Sequence record: SRR20825019_1943
Direction: 5' to 3' (one strand)
DNA: 64,000 nucleotides
Shown here: in pieces, positions 46,948 to 57,595 of the stretch
Layout of the letters: every line of letters starts with the position of its first letter
How positions within the stretch are numbered: position 1 is the first letter of the stretch
The notes under the pieces: generated by a model
Seen by the model: the letters and a program-made list of their open reading frames with translations, nothing else
Told to the model about the DNA's origin: nothing
Databases searched by the model: none
Position numbers and translations under genes: made by a program

Positions 46948-48723
46948 TTAAGTCAGGCTGGCAATTGAGGTCGGCGCATCGGTGACGTTCTCTACCAGTG
47001 CTTCGAACTCGTTAACGCCGTCAAGATCGGTCCCCATGGCAATGTTGGTCACACGCTCAAGGATGATCTCAACCACAACCGGTACCCGGTGTTCCTGCAT
47101 CAGTTGCCTCGCCTGTACAAACGCCGGGCCAATGTCATCAGGCTTGGTGACCCGCAACGCCTTGCAACCAAGGCCCTCGACAACCGAGACATGATCAACG
47201 CCATAGTCGTTAATCTCGGGGCAGTTGACGTTCTCGAACGACAGCTGCACGCAGTAGTCCATGTCGAAACCACGCTGCGCCTGACGGATCAGTCCCAGAT
47301 ACGAGTTGTTCACGAGGACATGGATGTAGGGCAGCTTGAACTGCGCCCCGGCAGCCAACTCCTCGACCATGAACTGGAAGTCGTAGTCCCCGGAGAGAGC
47401 GACGACCTCGGCCTCGGGATCGGCACGGCATACACCCAGGGCAGCTGGAATGGTCCAGCCCAACGGGCCGGCCTGACCGCAGTTGATCCAGTGCCGCGGC
47501 TTGTACACGTGCAGGAACTGGGCTCCGGCGATCTGGGACAGACCAATGGCGGTCACGTACCGGACATTCTTGCCGAACACCTTGTTCATCTCTTCGTAGA
47601 CGCGCTGCGGCTTGACCGGCACGTCGTCGAAGTGAGTCTTGCGCAGCAGTGTCTGCTTACGCTCCTGGCATTCCTGGGCCCAGGCTCCGCGATCCTTGAG
47701 TTTGCCTTCGGCGCGCCACTCCTTGGCCACGGTAATGAAGAGTTCCAGCGCCGCCTTGGCATCAGAGACAATCCCGTAATCCGGCCCGAAGATACGGCCG
47801 ATCTGGGTGGGCTCGATGTCAACATGAACAAACTTCCGGTCCTTGGTATAGGCCTCGATGCTACCGGTGTGCCGGTTCGCCCAGCGGTTACCAATGCCCA
47901 TCACGAAGTCGGACGCGAGCATGGTGGCGTTGCCATAGCGATGGGACGTCTGGAGCCCCACCATGCCGGCCATCAATGGATGGTCATCCGGAATCGTCCC
48001 CCAGCCCATCAAGGTCGGAACAACGGGAACACCCGTAAGCTCTGCAAACTCAACCAGAAGGTCGCTCGCATCACTGTTGATAACGCCGCCACCGGCAACC
48101 AGCAAGGGCTTGTCAGCCTCGTTCAGCAAGTTCAGTGCTTTCTCGATCTGCGCCCGTGAAGCCGACGGCTTGTAGGCAGGCAACGGTTCGTAGGTGTCCG
48201 GATCAAATTCGATCTCGCTCATCTGTACATCGATGGGCAGGTCAATCAGAACGGGACCTGGACGGGAGCTGCGCATCAACTGGAACGCCTGCTGGAACGC
48301 CCGCGGCACCTGAGCCGGCTCAAGGACGGTAACCGCCCATTTGGTCACCGGGCCGGCGATGGCCTGGATGTTCACCGCCTGGAAGTCTTCCTTGTGCAGT
48401 TTGCTGCGCGGCGCCTGCCCAGTGATGCAGAGAATGGGTATGGAGTCGCCCGTGGCAGAGTACAGCCCGGTGATCATGTCGGTGCCGGCAGGCCCTGACG
48501 TTCCGATGCAGACACCGATGTTGCCTGCTTTTGTGCGGGTGTAACCCTCTGCCATATGAGAGGCCCCCTCCACGTGGCGCGCAAGGACATGGTCAACTCC
48601 TCCAACCTTGCGCATGGCGGAATAGAACGGGTTAATCGCCGCTCCGGGCACTCCAAAGGCAATGTCGATACCTTCTTTCTTCAAAACGTGAACAGCTGCT
48701 TCTGCTGCGGTCATGCGAGTCAT
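46948..48723 (-). CDS. gcl: Glyoxylate carboligase
   Basis: [31 protein letters not shown] ThDP motif. Confidence 0.97.
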   Translation of the reverse strand: MTRMTAAEAAVHVLKKEGIDIAFGVPGAAINPFYSAMRKVGGVDHVLARHVEGASHMAEGYTRTKAGNIGVCIGTSGPAGTDMITGLYSATGDSIPILCITGQAPRSKLHKEDFQAVNIQAIAGPVTKWAVTVLEPAQVPRAFQQAFQLMRSSRPGPVLIDLPIDVQMSEIEFDPDTYEPLPAYKPSASRAQIEKALNLLNEADKPLLVAGGGVINSDASDLLVEFAELTGVPVVPTLMGWGTIPDDHPLMAGMVGLQTSHRYGNATMLASDFVMGIGNRWANRHTGSIEAYTKDRKFVHVDIEPTQIGRIFGPDYGIVSDAKAALELFITVAKEWRAEGKLKDRGAWAQECQERKQTLLRKTHFDDVPVKPQRVYEEMNKVFGKNVRYVTAIGLSQIAGAQFLHVYKPRHWINCGQAGPLGWTIPAALGVCRADPEAEVVALSGDYDFQFMVEELAAGAQFKLPYIHVLVNNSYLGLIRQAQRGFDMDYCVQLSFENVNCPEINDYGVDHVSVVEGLGCKALRVTKPDDIGPAFVQARQLMQEHRVPVVVEIILERVTNIAMGTDLDGVNEFEALVENVTDAPTSIASLT

Positions 48724-48833
48724 GGTGTTTCCTCCGAAGTAAGGTTGTTCTTGTATTCGAGGCGAAGCTCGTCCCGGCGCCTGAAACGTATGTGCACCGT
48801 CGGTAAAGGTTGAATGGAAATTCAGCCGGTAGA

Positions 48834-49331
48834 TCAGTCAGATAGGTCGAGGAGCACACGCACCTCCATTCCGTACTCGTCGCAGTTGTTCCCCGAGCCG
48901 CCGCGATCGATAACCAGGAATTCACCTTCCCGATCCAACACCGACTGCACGGCGTGCCAGGTACCCGCGCGGTAATTCACTCCCTGGAAACCATCGGTGA
49001 CAAAGGCGCGAACTTCATCAGGGCTGATCGTGTCGCCTGGGGGTGCGACAACAACCAGGAATCGCTCCTCGTGCAGAGGCATAAAGGCCTGGCTGCCTTG
49101 CGGGTGGCGCTCCAGGAACGACAGCTCCAGCGGTAACGTCACCGGCTGGCTGACAAAAATACTCACCAGAACCCGCGCCTCATCACCGAGCAGCTCCACT
49201 TTCGCCAGATCATGGTGGCGCTGGGTGCGCCCCGCATTGATGGGAAAGGAGTCAGCCGTGCGCCGGTCAATAACATCCCCGAATTCGGCGAATGCCTCCG
49301 GGCTCAACGGTTGTGCTTTGAGTTCCAGCAT
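48834..49331 (-). CDS. allA: Ureidoglycolate lyase
   Basis: [29 protein letters not shown]. Confidence 0.94.
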   Translation of the reverse strand: MLELKAQPLSPEAFAEFGDVIDRRTADSFPINAGRTQRHHDLAKVELLGDEARVLVSIFVSQPVTLPLELSFLERHPQGSQAFMPLHEERFLVVVAPPGDTISPDEVRAFVTDGFQGVNYRAGTWHAVQSVLDREGEFLVIDRGGSGNNCDEYGMEVRVLLDLSD

Positions 49332-49351
49332 AAAAATGTCCTCGTCTCAGC

Positions 49352-50203
49352 TCAGCGCGAACCGAATCCGCTGAGTTTCATGTGCCGGTTCACGTCCTTG
49401 TAAAGCAGGTAACGGAACGGCCCCGGCCCACCGGCATAGCACGCTTGTGGGCAGAAGGCGCGAAGCCACATGTAGTCACCCGCCTCCACTTCAACCCAAT
49501 CCTGGTTGAGGTGATAAACCGCCTTCCCTTCCAGCACGTAAAGGCCATGTTCCATCACGTGGGTCTCGGCAAATGGAATGACTCCGCCGGGCTGGAAATT
49601 GACAATGTTGACGTGCATGTCATGTCGAATGTCCTGCGGATCAACAAAGCGTGTTGTCGTCCAGCGCCCCTCAGTTCCCGGCATCTCGGTGGGCGTTATG
49701 TCCGTCTCATTGGTGACAAAAGCTTCAGGCACATCAATACCGTCCACATGCTCGTAAGCTTTTCGCACCCAGTGAAAACGCAGCGGCGCATCGCTCTCGT
49801 TAAACAACTGCCAGGAGGCACCCGGCGGGATAAAGGCATAGCCGCCCTCTTGCATCCGGTGTTGTTGGCCGGCGATGGTCAGGGTCATCTCGCCTTCAAC
49901 CACAAACAGAACCCCTTCCGCGCAAGCGTCCAGCTCTGGTCGCGAGCTGCCGCCCCCAGGGGACACCTCCATGATGTACTGGGAGAACGTTTCGGCGAAT
50001 CCAGACAGCGGGCGTGAAAGCACCCAAAGCCGGGTTTTTTCCCAATGCGGCAAGGCACTGGCGACGATATCCCGCATCACGCCCCTGGGAATGATGGCGT
50101 AGGCTTCGGTAAAAACCGCACGGTCAGACAACAACTGGGTCTGAGGTGGATGCCCGCCAGCGGGAGCGTAATACGTAGGTTTGTTCACAGATCGATTGCT
50201 CAT
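49352..50203 (-). CDS. Bicupin (S)-ureidoglycine aminohydrolase family protein, probably allantoate-acting
   Basis: RAVFTEAYA, FSQYI, ETHVMEHGLYVLEG, CPQACYAGG, YLLYKDVNRH. Confidence 0.9.
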   Translation of the reverse strand: MSNRSVNKPTYYAPAGGHPPQTQLLSDRAVFTEAYAIIPRGVMRDIVASALPHWEKTRLWVLSRPLSGFAETFSQYIMEVSPGGGSSRPELDACAEGVLFVVEGEMTLTIAGQQHRMQEGGYAFIPPGASWQLFNESDAPLRFHWVRKAYEHVDGIDVPEAFVTNETDITPTEMPGTEGRWTTTRFVDPQDIRHDMHVNIVNFQPGGVIPFAETHVMEHGLYVLEGKAVYHLNQDWVEVEAGDYMWLRAFCPQACYAGGPGPFRYLLYKDVNRHMKLSGFGSR

Positions 50204-51150
50204 TGCTGCTCCTTGGATGAGAGCGGGTGGTGGTGCTCGGCCCAATGGCGAGCAATATCCACACGTCTCGTAACCCAGACACGATCATGGGCTTCTATGT
50301 GATCGAGGAATCGCTGCAGGGCCCGGAAGCGTCCCGGCCGGCCAACCAGCCGACAGTGGAGACCAACAGACAGCATTTTTGGCGCGTCCTCACCCTCGGC
50401 ATAAAGCACGTCGAAGGCATCCCGTAAATACTGGTAAAAGTCCTCTCCGGTACCAAAGCCTTGCGCTGAAGCGAAGCGCATGTCATTGGTGTCCAGGGCA
50501 TAAGGCACTACCAGGTGGTTGTGCATTTCGCCCTCACTATCGTACTGACGGGTCCAGAACGGCAGATCGTCCCCGTAGTAATCGCTGTCGTAGAGAAAGC
50601 TGCCTTCGTCCAGCACCAGACGGCGCGTGTTCTCGCTGTCGCGACCGGTATACCACCCTGCCGGTTTCTCGCCGTATAAAGCCTCGAAGATCTCGATGGC
50701 CCGGCGCATGTGCGCGCGCTCTATACCTTCCGGAATATTCTGGTAGTGAATCCAGCGCCAACCGTGACAGGCAACCTCATGCCCCAGCTCTTTAAACGCA
50801 TGGGCAAGCTCGGGGTGCCGCTCAAGGGCCATCGCCACGCCAAATACCGTCAGCGGCATGCCGCGGCGCTGAAACTCCTTCAGTACCCGCCATACCCCTG
50901 CCCGCGAGCCGTACTCATAGATTGACTCCATGCTCATGTGCCGGCTTGGGTAGGCCTCAGCCCCGGCGATTTCGGACAGGAACTGCTCCGAATGCGTATC
51001 GCCATGCAGGACGCAGTTCTCCGCACCTTCCTCGTAATTGAGAACGAACTGCACGGCAATACGTGCCCGGCCAGGCCAATTTGCATGGGGAGGCTCAGAA
51101 CCGTAACCAATCAGGTCTCGGGGGTAATGGTCTGGATTAGCCGGATTCAT
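50200..51150 (-). CDS. puuE: Allantoinase PuuE (polysaccharide deacetylase fold)
   Basis: YPRDLIGYG, FVLNYEEG, YEYGSRAG, HGWRW, GLHCR..GRPGR. Confidence 0.96.
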   Translation of the reverse strand: MNPANPDHYPRDLIGYGSEPPHANWPGRARIAVQFVLNYEEGAENCVLHGDTHSEQFLSEIAGAEAYPSRHMSMESIYEYGSRAGVWRVLKEFQRRGMPLTVFGVAMALERHPELAHAFKELGHEVACHGWRWIHYQNIPEGIERAHMRRAIEIFEALYGEKPAGWYTGRDSENTRRLVLDEGSFLYDSDYYGDDLPFWTRQYDSEGEMHNHLVVPYALDTNDMRFASAQGFGTGEDFYQYLRDAFDVLYAEGEDAPKMLSVGLHCRLVGRPGRFRALQRFLDHIEAHDRVWVTRRVDIARHWAEHHHPLSSKEQQ

Positions 51151-51214
51151 CAAGCAACTTCCTTCTTCCAATCCGTTTGGCAGGCCGTTGGTACCAGCTC
51201 GCCTTCAATATGCA

Positions 51215-51246
51215 TTGTATACTTAAATATACTATATTGTATCCAA
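51215..51246. promoter_or_regulatory. Tandem putative GntR-type operators upstream of puuE
   Basis: TTGTATACTT (51215-51224) and TTGTATCCAA (51237-51246). Confidence 0.55.
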
Positions 51247-51260
51247 CATGAACGCAACAC

Positions 51261-52499
51261 TCATTCACCCCAGTTCTTGATGATTTCGCGCTCTTCTTCG
51301 GTCATGTTCGTGGCGTTGCCCAACGGCATGTATCCGTTCGCCACAACCTCCTGGATCTTGGCCTGATGGCTGAGGATCTGATCAACCGCATCAAACGCAA
51401 ATCCCGCCGGCGGAGCCGAAAACGCCGGGTTCTCAGGTTGCTTCGAATGGCATCCCGCACAGTGTTGCTCAATGGTCGCGCCCACGTTGGCAGCAAGGGG
51501 GGATTCACTTGTCTCATGCGTCGTCGTATTGGGCTCGGCGTTTGCCTGAGCCGTTGCCACCTGGGACTCTCCCGTGGGCGCGGCCACCCAGAACGTCAGC
51601 AGGATCAGCACACCACCGGCCAGAAGGTAGGAAGGTTGGGTTTTGCCCGCATGCATCAGTACAAAGAACTGGCGGATAACGGCGCCGGCAAATATGAGCA
51701 GCGACATGACCAACCATGCCTGAGCCTCTGTATAGGCGAAGGCGTAGTGATTACTGATCATCAACAGAACGACGGGAAGCGTGAAGTAGGTATTGTGGAC
51801 AGAGCGTTGTTTACCGCGCTTGCCATCAATCGGATTGGGCTCCTCGCCCGCCTTCATGGCATCGACCATGCGGCGCTGGCCCGGAATGATCCAGAAGAAA
51901 ACGTTCGCGGACATGGCTGTCGCCATGACAGCACCGGTCAGAAGGAACGCAGCACGGCCAGCAAACAATTGGGTGCTTACATAGGCAACTATGACAAGCA
52001 GCACCCCAACCGCAATACTCAGAATGCCGTCCCGCTCCATGTTCGGGCTTATGCGCTTGCACAGCTCATTGTATACAACCCACCCGAATGCCAGGAAAAG
52101 CACCGCCGCAACGTTGGCCTGCCATCCACTTAACTCAGCAGCCCACTGCCAACTGCTATTGGTGTTCACCAGGTAGAAGCCTGGGTTGACCATGTAGAGA
52201 ATAACGAACAGCGCGAAACCCGACAGCCAGGTGGTGTACGATTTCCAGAACGACCAATGCAGGTCGGCAGGCAAGGTACCCGGACTGGTGGCGTACTTTT
52301 GGTTGTGATAGAAACCGCCCCCATGCACGGCCCACATCTCACCAAAAACCCCCTTCTTTTTGCAGTTTTCGGCCTGTGGCGGCTTGAGGCTGTTATCCAG
52401 CATCACGAAGTAGATTGACTCACCAATCCACGCAATCGCCGCAATCACATGCAGCCACCGCAACATGAAATTCACAAAATCCAGAATGTAAGCTTCCAT
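51261..52499 (-). CDS. puuD: Membrane urate hydroxylase with cytochrome c domain
   Basis: LRWLHVIAAIAWIG, WAVHGGGFY, RSVHNTY, MISNHY; C-terminal CAGCH and MPLGN.T.MT. Confidence 0.94.
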   Translation of the reverse strand: MEAYILDFVNFMLRWLHVIAAIAWIGESIYFVMLDNSLKPPQAENCKKKGVFGEMWAVHGGGFYHNQKYATSPGTLPADLHWSFWKSYTTWLSGFALFVILYMVNPGFYLVNTNSSWQWAAELSGWQANVAAVLFLAFGWVVYNELCKRISPNMERDGILSIAVGVLLVIVAYVSTQLFAGRAAFLLTGAVMATAMSANVFFWIIPGQRRMVDAMKAGEEPNPIDGKRGKQRSVHNTYFTLPVVLLMISNHYAFAYTEAQAWLVMSLLIFAGAVIRQFFVLMHAGKTQPSYLLAGGVLILLTFWVAAPTGESQVATAQANAEPNTTTHETSESPLAANVGATIEQHCAGCHSKQPENPAFSAPPAGFAFDAVDQILSHQAKIQEVVANGYMPLGNATNMTEEEREIIKNWGE

Positions 52500-52549
52500 T
52501 AACCTGTTCTCTTGTTCGCACTGTTGTATTGATGACTGACCATCTCGAC

Positions 52550-52903
52550 TCAGCTACCGCGGTAGGTGGAGTAGCTGTAGGGAGAAAGCAGGAGGGGCAC
52601 ATGAAAGTGCTGGGAGGCGTCAGCCACGCCGAAACGCAATGGGATAACATCGAGAAAGCGCGGTTCGTCAGCCTCTACGCCCTGGCGCCGGAGGTAGTCT
52701 CCAGCGTGAAAGACCAGCTCGAACTGGCCCTCGGTAAAGGCCTCACCTTCAAGTATCGGGGCATCGCAACGGCCATCATCATTAGTGGTGACTTCTTTCA
52801 GCAAGGTGCGCGATTCACCCTCCAGTCGGTAAACCTCGATACGAATACCCTGTCCGGGGCGTCCCAGCGAAGTATCCAGTACGTGTGTGGTAAGGCGTCC
52901 CAT
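52550..52903 (-). CDS. uraH: 5-hydroxyisourate hydrolase
   Basis: [20 protein letters not shown]-terminal YRGS. Confidence 0.97.
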   Translation of the reverse strand: MGRLTTHVLDTSLGRPGQGIRIEVYRLEGESRTLLKEVTTNDDGRCDAPILEGEAFTEGQFELVFHAGDYLRRQGVEADEPRFLDVIPLRFGVADASQHFHVPLLLSPYSYSTYRGS

Positions 52904-52979
52904 AAAGTTCTCCTATCATGTGATGGCAGCTGGACCGCTGAAACCAGCGGCCCAATGGATCCGATGATGATAGCGCGGG

Positions 52980-53738
52980 TCAGAAGTGGAACTTGACCAG
53001 TGCGCTAACAGCGTTCTCCGTATCTATGTTTGGGCTACCGAATTTATTACGCCAGTACGAGTACTCTATACCGGCATACAACACGCCAGCCTCTCCCGTG
53101 AAATGACCAAGGTCGAGTTTGAACTGCGGGTTGATGTGCAAGTCCGCACTCTGAGCACCGCTTACCCCTGATGAATAGTCGATAAAACCGTCAAAGAGAA
53201 ACGCCGCGCTGCCCAGTTCGAACGGCACCCCCCATGTTACGGTCAGCTGCCAGTCGTCCGGCGTGTCGAACGCGGTGTTGTTTTCAACATAGTAGGCATT
53301 GGTGTTGAAGTATTGGAATCCAGGGATGTCCCAGCCCAATCCAAGACCGTACATGTAGTTGTTCGCCTCTACCCCACCATCGAACTCATACTGGGTTGCC
53401 AGGTAGACGTCATTAACCGGCCCGAAGCCCAGATCCTGGCCGCTTAGCCAACTCAGGCTCAACCGGGGCGCGAACTCCCCATAGGTGGAGTCAGCGTTAC
53501 CGGAATCCCCCTGAACCTGATAGCGGTCAATGAAGAAGAACGTATCCCCCCAGTTGTGGGCGGTCACGTTTTCAAAGGTAAACACGGTCGCGGACTCTTT
53601 TTGAGAGCCAAAGATTTCATAGTCATCGCTATAAAGCAGCGACACACTGGAACTGCCGAAGAACTTTTCAGCGTGAACAACCGGAACAAACGCGGTGAAA
53701 ACGCACGCCGCCAGCAGGATTTTTTGCAACAGTTTCAT
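52980..53738 (-). CDS. Nucleoside-specific outer membrane channel (Tsx/OmpK family)
   Basis: Signal peptide; TFE....WGD.FFF.D, YGE..PRLS, GIEY.YW.NKFG; terminal Phe. Confidence 0.88.
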   Translation of the reverse strand: MKLLQKILLAACVFTAFVPVVHAEKFFGSSSVSLLYSDDYEIFGSQKESATVFTFENVTAHNWGDTFFFIDRYQVQGDSGNADSTYGEFAPRLSLSWLSGQDLGFGPVNDVYLATQYEFDGGVEANNYMYGLGLGWDIPGFQYFNTNAYYVENNTAFDTPDDWQLTVTWGVPFELGSAAFLFDGFIDYSSGVSGAQSADLHINPQFKLDLGHFTGEAGVLYAGIEYSYWRNKFGSPNIDTENAVSALVKFHF

Positions 53739-53804
53739 TTTTACTACCTCTCGTTTTGTTGTTTTGGGGTAAAACCTCGGGTTCGGGTCAACCGTGTGCC
53801 TTGA

Positions 53805-55148
53805 TCACAGGAAGGCGAACTTGGCGATGAAGATGACACAGAGAACATACAGGCTGACGGATACTTTCTTCCTCTGCCCGGTAAGCAGCTTCAACGTGGC
53901 ATAGGTAACGAAGCCCAGCGCAATGCCATTGGCGATGGAGAAGGTCAGCGGCATCATCACCACAGTAATGATGGCCGGAATGGTGTCGGTGATGTCCTTC
54001 CAGTCGATGTGGGCCATTCCACTCATCATCAGCATAGCGACGTATATCAGTGCGCCTGAGGTCGCGTAGGCCGGGATCATTCCCGCAAGAGGTGCAAAGA
54101 AGGTTGCCAGCAGGAATAGCACGCCGACAGTGACGGCCGTCAGACCAGTGCGACCACCCGCGGCTACGCCTGAAGCGCTTTCAACGTAGCTGGTTACCGG
54201 CGGGCAACCCACAAATGAGCCCAGGACACTGGATGTACTGTCCGCTTTAAGGGATTTGGAAAGGTTTTCTATCTTGCCGTTCTCGTCAACCAGGTTTGCA
54301 CGATGAGCCACCCCCATCAGTGTTCCCGCGGTGTCGAACATGTTCACGAAGAGAAACGCGAGCACAACGCTGATCATTCCCACGTTCAACGCGCCCGCAA
54401 TATCCATCGCCAGCCAGGTTGGCGCCAGGCTGGGAGGGAGCGACACAACACCGCCATACTCCACAAGCCCCATACTCCAGCCGATCCCCGTTACAATGAG
54501 CATGCTCAACAGGATGGCGCCAAACACATTGCGGTGGCTAAGCACCGCGATCAGCAAGAAGCAGATGGCGGCCAGTAGTGCCGAAGGCTCACCAAAAGAC
54601 CCCATCGTCACCAGCGTCGCGGGGCTGTCGACGACAATGCCCGCCGTCTTCAGGCCAATGAGCCCGAGAAACAGACCAACCCCTGCCCCCATGGCAAAAC
54701 GCAGGCTCATCGGAATGCTGTTAAGCAGCCATTCGCGGATTCGCGAGAGGCTCATAATCATAAACAGGATGCCGGAGAGGAAGACCGCGCCAAGAGCAAC
54801 CTGCCAGGTGTAACCCATTTCACCAACGACGGTGTAGGTAAAAAACGCGTTGAGCCCCATGCCCGGCGCCAGTCCCACCGGCCAGTTGGCGTAGAACCCC
54901 ATGAGCAGGCAGCCAAGTGCCGCCCCCAGACAGGTGGCGACGAACGCAGCACCATGATCAAGGCCGGCCGCAGCCATAACATTGGGATTAACGAAGATAA
55001 TGTAGGCCATGGTTACGAAGGTGGTCAGGCCTGCTATCAGCTCAATCTTGACTGAGCTTCCATGCTGACGGAGCTTGAAAATGCGCTCGAGCCAGTCCGT
55101 TCTCGCTAACGCTCCGAGCGAGCGCTTCTGCTGATCGATGTTTTCCAC
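53805..55148 (-). CDS. NCS2/AzgA family purine permease
   Basis: AGLTTFVTMAYI..VNP, APGMGLNAFF, FDTAGT, TSYVESASG; GAGGA RBS before GTG 55148. Confidence 0.93.
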   Translation of the reverse strand: MENIDQQKRSLGALARTDWLERIFKLRQHGSSVKIELIAGLTTFVTMAYIIFVNPNVMAAAGLDHGAAFVATCLGAALGCLLMGFYANWPVGLAPGMGLNAFFTYTVVGEMGYTWQVALGAVFLSGILFMIMSLSRIREWLLNSIPMSLRFAMGAGVGLFLGLIGLKTAGIVVDSPATLVTMGSFGEPSALLAAICFLLIAVLSHRNVFGAILLSMLIVTGIGWSMGLVEYGGVVSLPPSLAPTWLAMDIAGALNVGMISVVLAFLFVNMFDTAGTLMGVAHRANLVDENGKIENLSKSLKADSTSSVLGSFVGCPPVTSYVESASGVAAGGRTGLTAVTVGVLFLLATFFAPLAGMIPAYATSGALIYVAMLMMSGMAHIDWKDITDTIPAIITVVMMPLTFSIANGIALGFVTYATLKLLTGQRKKVSVSLYVLCVIFIAKFAFL

Positions 55149-55234
55149 AAGGTATTCCTCATCATTGTTGTTTTCTATCACCCAGAGCAGAGCCCTTGAG
55201 GCAGGTGATGGCTGGTTTGCCATATCGGCATTTC

Positions 55235-55250
55235 CTGACTTATCGGTCAG
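55235..55250. promoter_or_regulatory. RutR-like operator upstream of the permease operon
   Basis: CTGACTTATCGGTCAG within palindrome TTCCTGAC..GTCAGGAA; cf. RutR box TTGACCAnnTGGTCAA. Confidence 0.65.
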
Positions 55251-55273
55251 GAACCACAACTCCGATTATGCTT

Positions 55274-55319
55274 TTGTATACAACAATTGCAACAAAATTC
55301 TTATAACGATTGTGCACAA
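55274..55319. promoter_or_regulatory. GntR-type operators
   Basis: Perfect palindromes TTGTATACAA (55274-55283) and TTGTGCACAA (55310-55319). Confidence 0.6.
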
Positions 55320-55413
55320 GAAAAAAGAAGGACCCGAAGAGGCGTGGTAGAAAGATTCTGGACCGAGGGTGGGCGTGCCCATCAGCGGCAACGGGCAGCC
55401 CACCAGTGGCACG

Positions 55414-56721
55414 CTATCGGCGGTGAACGGACATGCCCGCGCTGAAGGTTTCCTTCACCACGCGGTCATCGCCAAGGATCATGAGGGCAAACAGTGTTTC
55501 CTCGAGGCTCTTGGATTGCTTCAGGCGGTAACTGATCAGCGGCGTGGCTTCGTAATCCAGCACAACAAAGTCCGCTTCTTTCCCGGCCTGCAGGCTGCCA
55601 ATCCTGTCATCCAGGTAGAGGGACCGGGCTCCGCCGAGCGTTGCAAGGTAAAAGGCTTTGAAAGGATCCAGTTTCTGCCCCTGCAGCTGCAACACCTTGT
55701 ACGCCTCGTTAAGGCTTTGAAGCTGGGAAAAGCTGGTACCCGCCCCTACATCCGTGCCCAGGCCAACGCGAACCCCATGGGACTCCAGGTGCGCCAGGTC
55801 GAGCAAACCACTGCCAAGGAAGAGGTTCGACGTCGGGCAAAAGGCAACCGCAGAGCCAGTGTCGCCCAGCCGCCTGCACTCGTCGTCATGCAGGTGAACA
55901 CCGTGTGCAAACACTGACCGTTCACCAATCAGGCCATGGTGGTCGTATACATCAAGGTAACCATCCCGCTCAGGAAACAGCTCTTTAACCCACTCAATCT
56001 CCTGTCGGTTCTCGGAAATGTGGGTGTGCATGTACAAGCCCGGGAATTCCTTGAAGAGCTTACCCGCCAGCTCGAGTTGCTCATCGGAGCTCGTCGGCGC
56101 AAATCGGGGCGTCACCGCATAGGACAAACGGCCCTTTCCGTGCCAACGCTCAATAAGCTCCTTGCTGTCCGCATAACCGGATTCCGCTGTATCCACCAAA
56201 TAGTCAGGCGCGCAACGGTCCATCAACACCTTGCCCGCAATCATCCGCAGGTTCAGCCTGGAGGCATGTTCGAAAAAGGCATCCACCGACTGCTTATGGA
56301 CGGTTCCGAAGACCAGGGCCGTCGTTGTCCCGTTTCTCAACAGTTCACGGAGGAAGATCTCAGCCTGGGCATGAGCGTGCCGTGAATCATCAAACTGTCC
56401 CTCGCAGGGAAAGGTGTAGGTTTCCAGCCAGTCCAGCAACTGGGCGCCATAGGAGCCGATGATTCCCACCTGCGGATAATGGATATGGGTATCGACGAAG
56501 CCCGGGGTTATCAGGGCATCCTCGTAGTGAACGACCTCGACTTCAGGAGACAGTGATGGCAACAGGCTCTCGGCCGTGCCTATCTCGACGACCGTGCCGT
56601 CCTCGACCACTAACAGGCCATCTTCAAAATACTCGTAGGAACGTTCCGCACCCACCACGCCCGGGTCGGCGATGCAGTGGAAAACAGAGGCACGGTAGGC
56701 TTTGCGCTGGGACATGGTCAC
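55414..56721 (-). CDS. guaD: Guanine deaminase
   Basis: PGFVDTHIHYPQ, TPRFAPTS, HTHISEN, CPTSNLFLGSG, GTDVGAG. Confidence 0.96.
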   Translation of the reverse strand: MTMSQRKAYRASVFHCIADPGVVGAERSYEYFEDGLLVVEDGTVVEIGTAESLLPSLSPEVEVVHYEDALITPGFVDTHIHYPQVGIIGSYGAQLLDWLETYTFPCEGQFDDSRHAHAQAEIFLRELLRNGTTTALVFGTVHKQSVDAFFEHASRLNLRMIAGKVLMDRCAPDYLVDTAESGYADSKELIERWHGKGRLSYAVTPRFAPTSSDEQLELAGKLFKEFPGLYMHTHISENRQEIEWVKELFPERDGYLDVYDHHGLIGERSVFAHGVHLHDDECRRLGDTGSAVAFCPTSNLFLGSGLLDLAHLESHGVRVGLGTDVGAGTSFSQLQSLNEAYKVLQLQGQKLDPFKAFYLATLGGARSLYLDDRIGSLQAGKEADFVVLDYEATPLISYRLKQSKSLEETLFALMILGDDRVVKETFSAGMSVHRR

Positions 56722-56796
56722 TCTCGTCAGTCTTGTTGTCGCATTGGTATTGTTGGCGACGATTGGATTGCGTGTCTCAGGGAAATTTAAACAGGA

Positions 56797-56835
56797 TTGG
56801 TAGCCTGGTCAATAAAAAACTGACCAATAAGTCAG
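56797..56835. promoter_or_regulatory. RutR-like operators upstream of guaD
   Basis: CTGACCAATAAGTCAG (56820-56835) and weaker TTGGTAGCCTGGTCAA (56797-56812). Confidence 0.62.
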
Positions 56836-56905
56836 GAAATTTTCAAGACCGAACGCCATCGAAGGCATACGACGGGCGGTATGCCAGGCATTCCGGAGTC
56901 AGGCG

Positions 56906-57595
56906 TTAAGGCTCGGCGAGGCCACAACCGCGCAGGATGACAGACGTCAGGAAATCCGCAGCGTGCTGAAAGTCACTTTCGGTGTATTCGCTCTTGTCCT
57001 CAATCGCGAGGATCTGGACCTGGAAGTCAGCGTAGTGTTGCGTGGATGACCAGATCAGGAGGATGAGTTGCACCGGATCAACGGGCGCCATTCGCCCCGC
57101 GTCGATCCACTGCTGAATCACACCCGCTCGCGCCTGCACCCACTCCCGCATGGTCGTAGACAGATGGTCCTTGAGGACCGGCGCCCCCTGAATAATTTCC
57201 AGCGCAAACAGGCGCGATGCCAGGGGGTGGGTCCTGGATAGCTCTACCTTGGCGTGAATAAAACTGGCCAGGGTCGTGGCGGGGTCATCTTCTGGCTGTA
57301 TCTTCGAGAACATCTCATTCCACCGCCCCATGATGTCATCCATCAACGCGTAGTAGATGCGTTTTTTATTGCTGAAATAGTAAAGCACGTTGGATTTCGG
57401 CAGCCCCGCCCTGTCCGCAATCTTCTGAACGGTGGTTGCCCCGAAGCCGTTCTGGGAAAACTCCTTTTCCGCGGCCATCAGAATACGCTCACGATTGCGC
57501 TCACGGATTCGGCCCGGACGCACTTTCTTGCGCTTGCTGCCTGATGACGTTGTTCGCTTCGTTTCGGGGGAGTCTGGTTCGATTTGACGGGTCAT
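56906..57595 (-). CDS. RutR-like TetR family regulator
   Basis: IADRAGLPKSNVLYYF.NK HTH; SRLFA.EI..GAP and IWSSTQHYADF C-terminal motifs; divergent from xdhA. Confidence 0.9.
   Translation of the reverse strand: MTRQIEPDSPETKRTTSSGSKRKKVRPGRIRERNRERILMAAEKEFSQNGFGATTVQKIADRAGLPKSNVLYYFSNKKRIYYALMDDIMGRWNEMFSKIQPEDDPATTLASFIHAKVELSRTHPLASRLFALEIIQGAPVLKDHLSTTMREWVQARAGVIQQWIDAGRMAPVDPVQLILLIWSSTQHYADFQVQILAIEDKSEYTESDFQHAADFLTSVILRGCGLAEP

Noticed and set aside
45175-48159. Long plus-strand ORFs (45175-46080, 46077-46838, 47089-48159) and similar ones at 16927-17805, 23618-24409 and 30955-31716
   Set aside because: Antisense shadows of well-conserved genes, expected from GC-rich codon bias; no recognisable motifs
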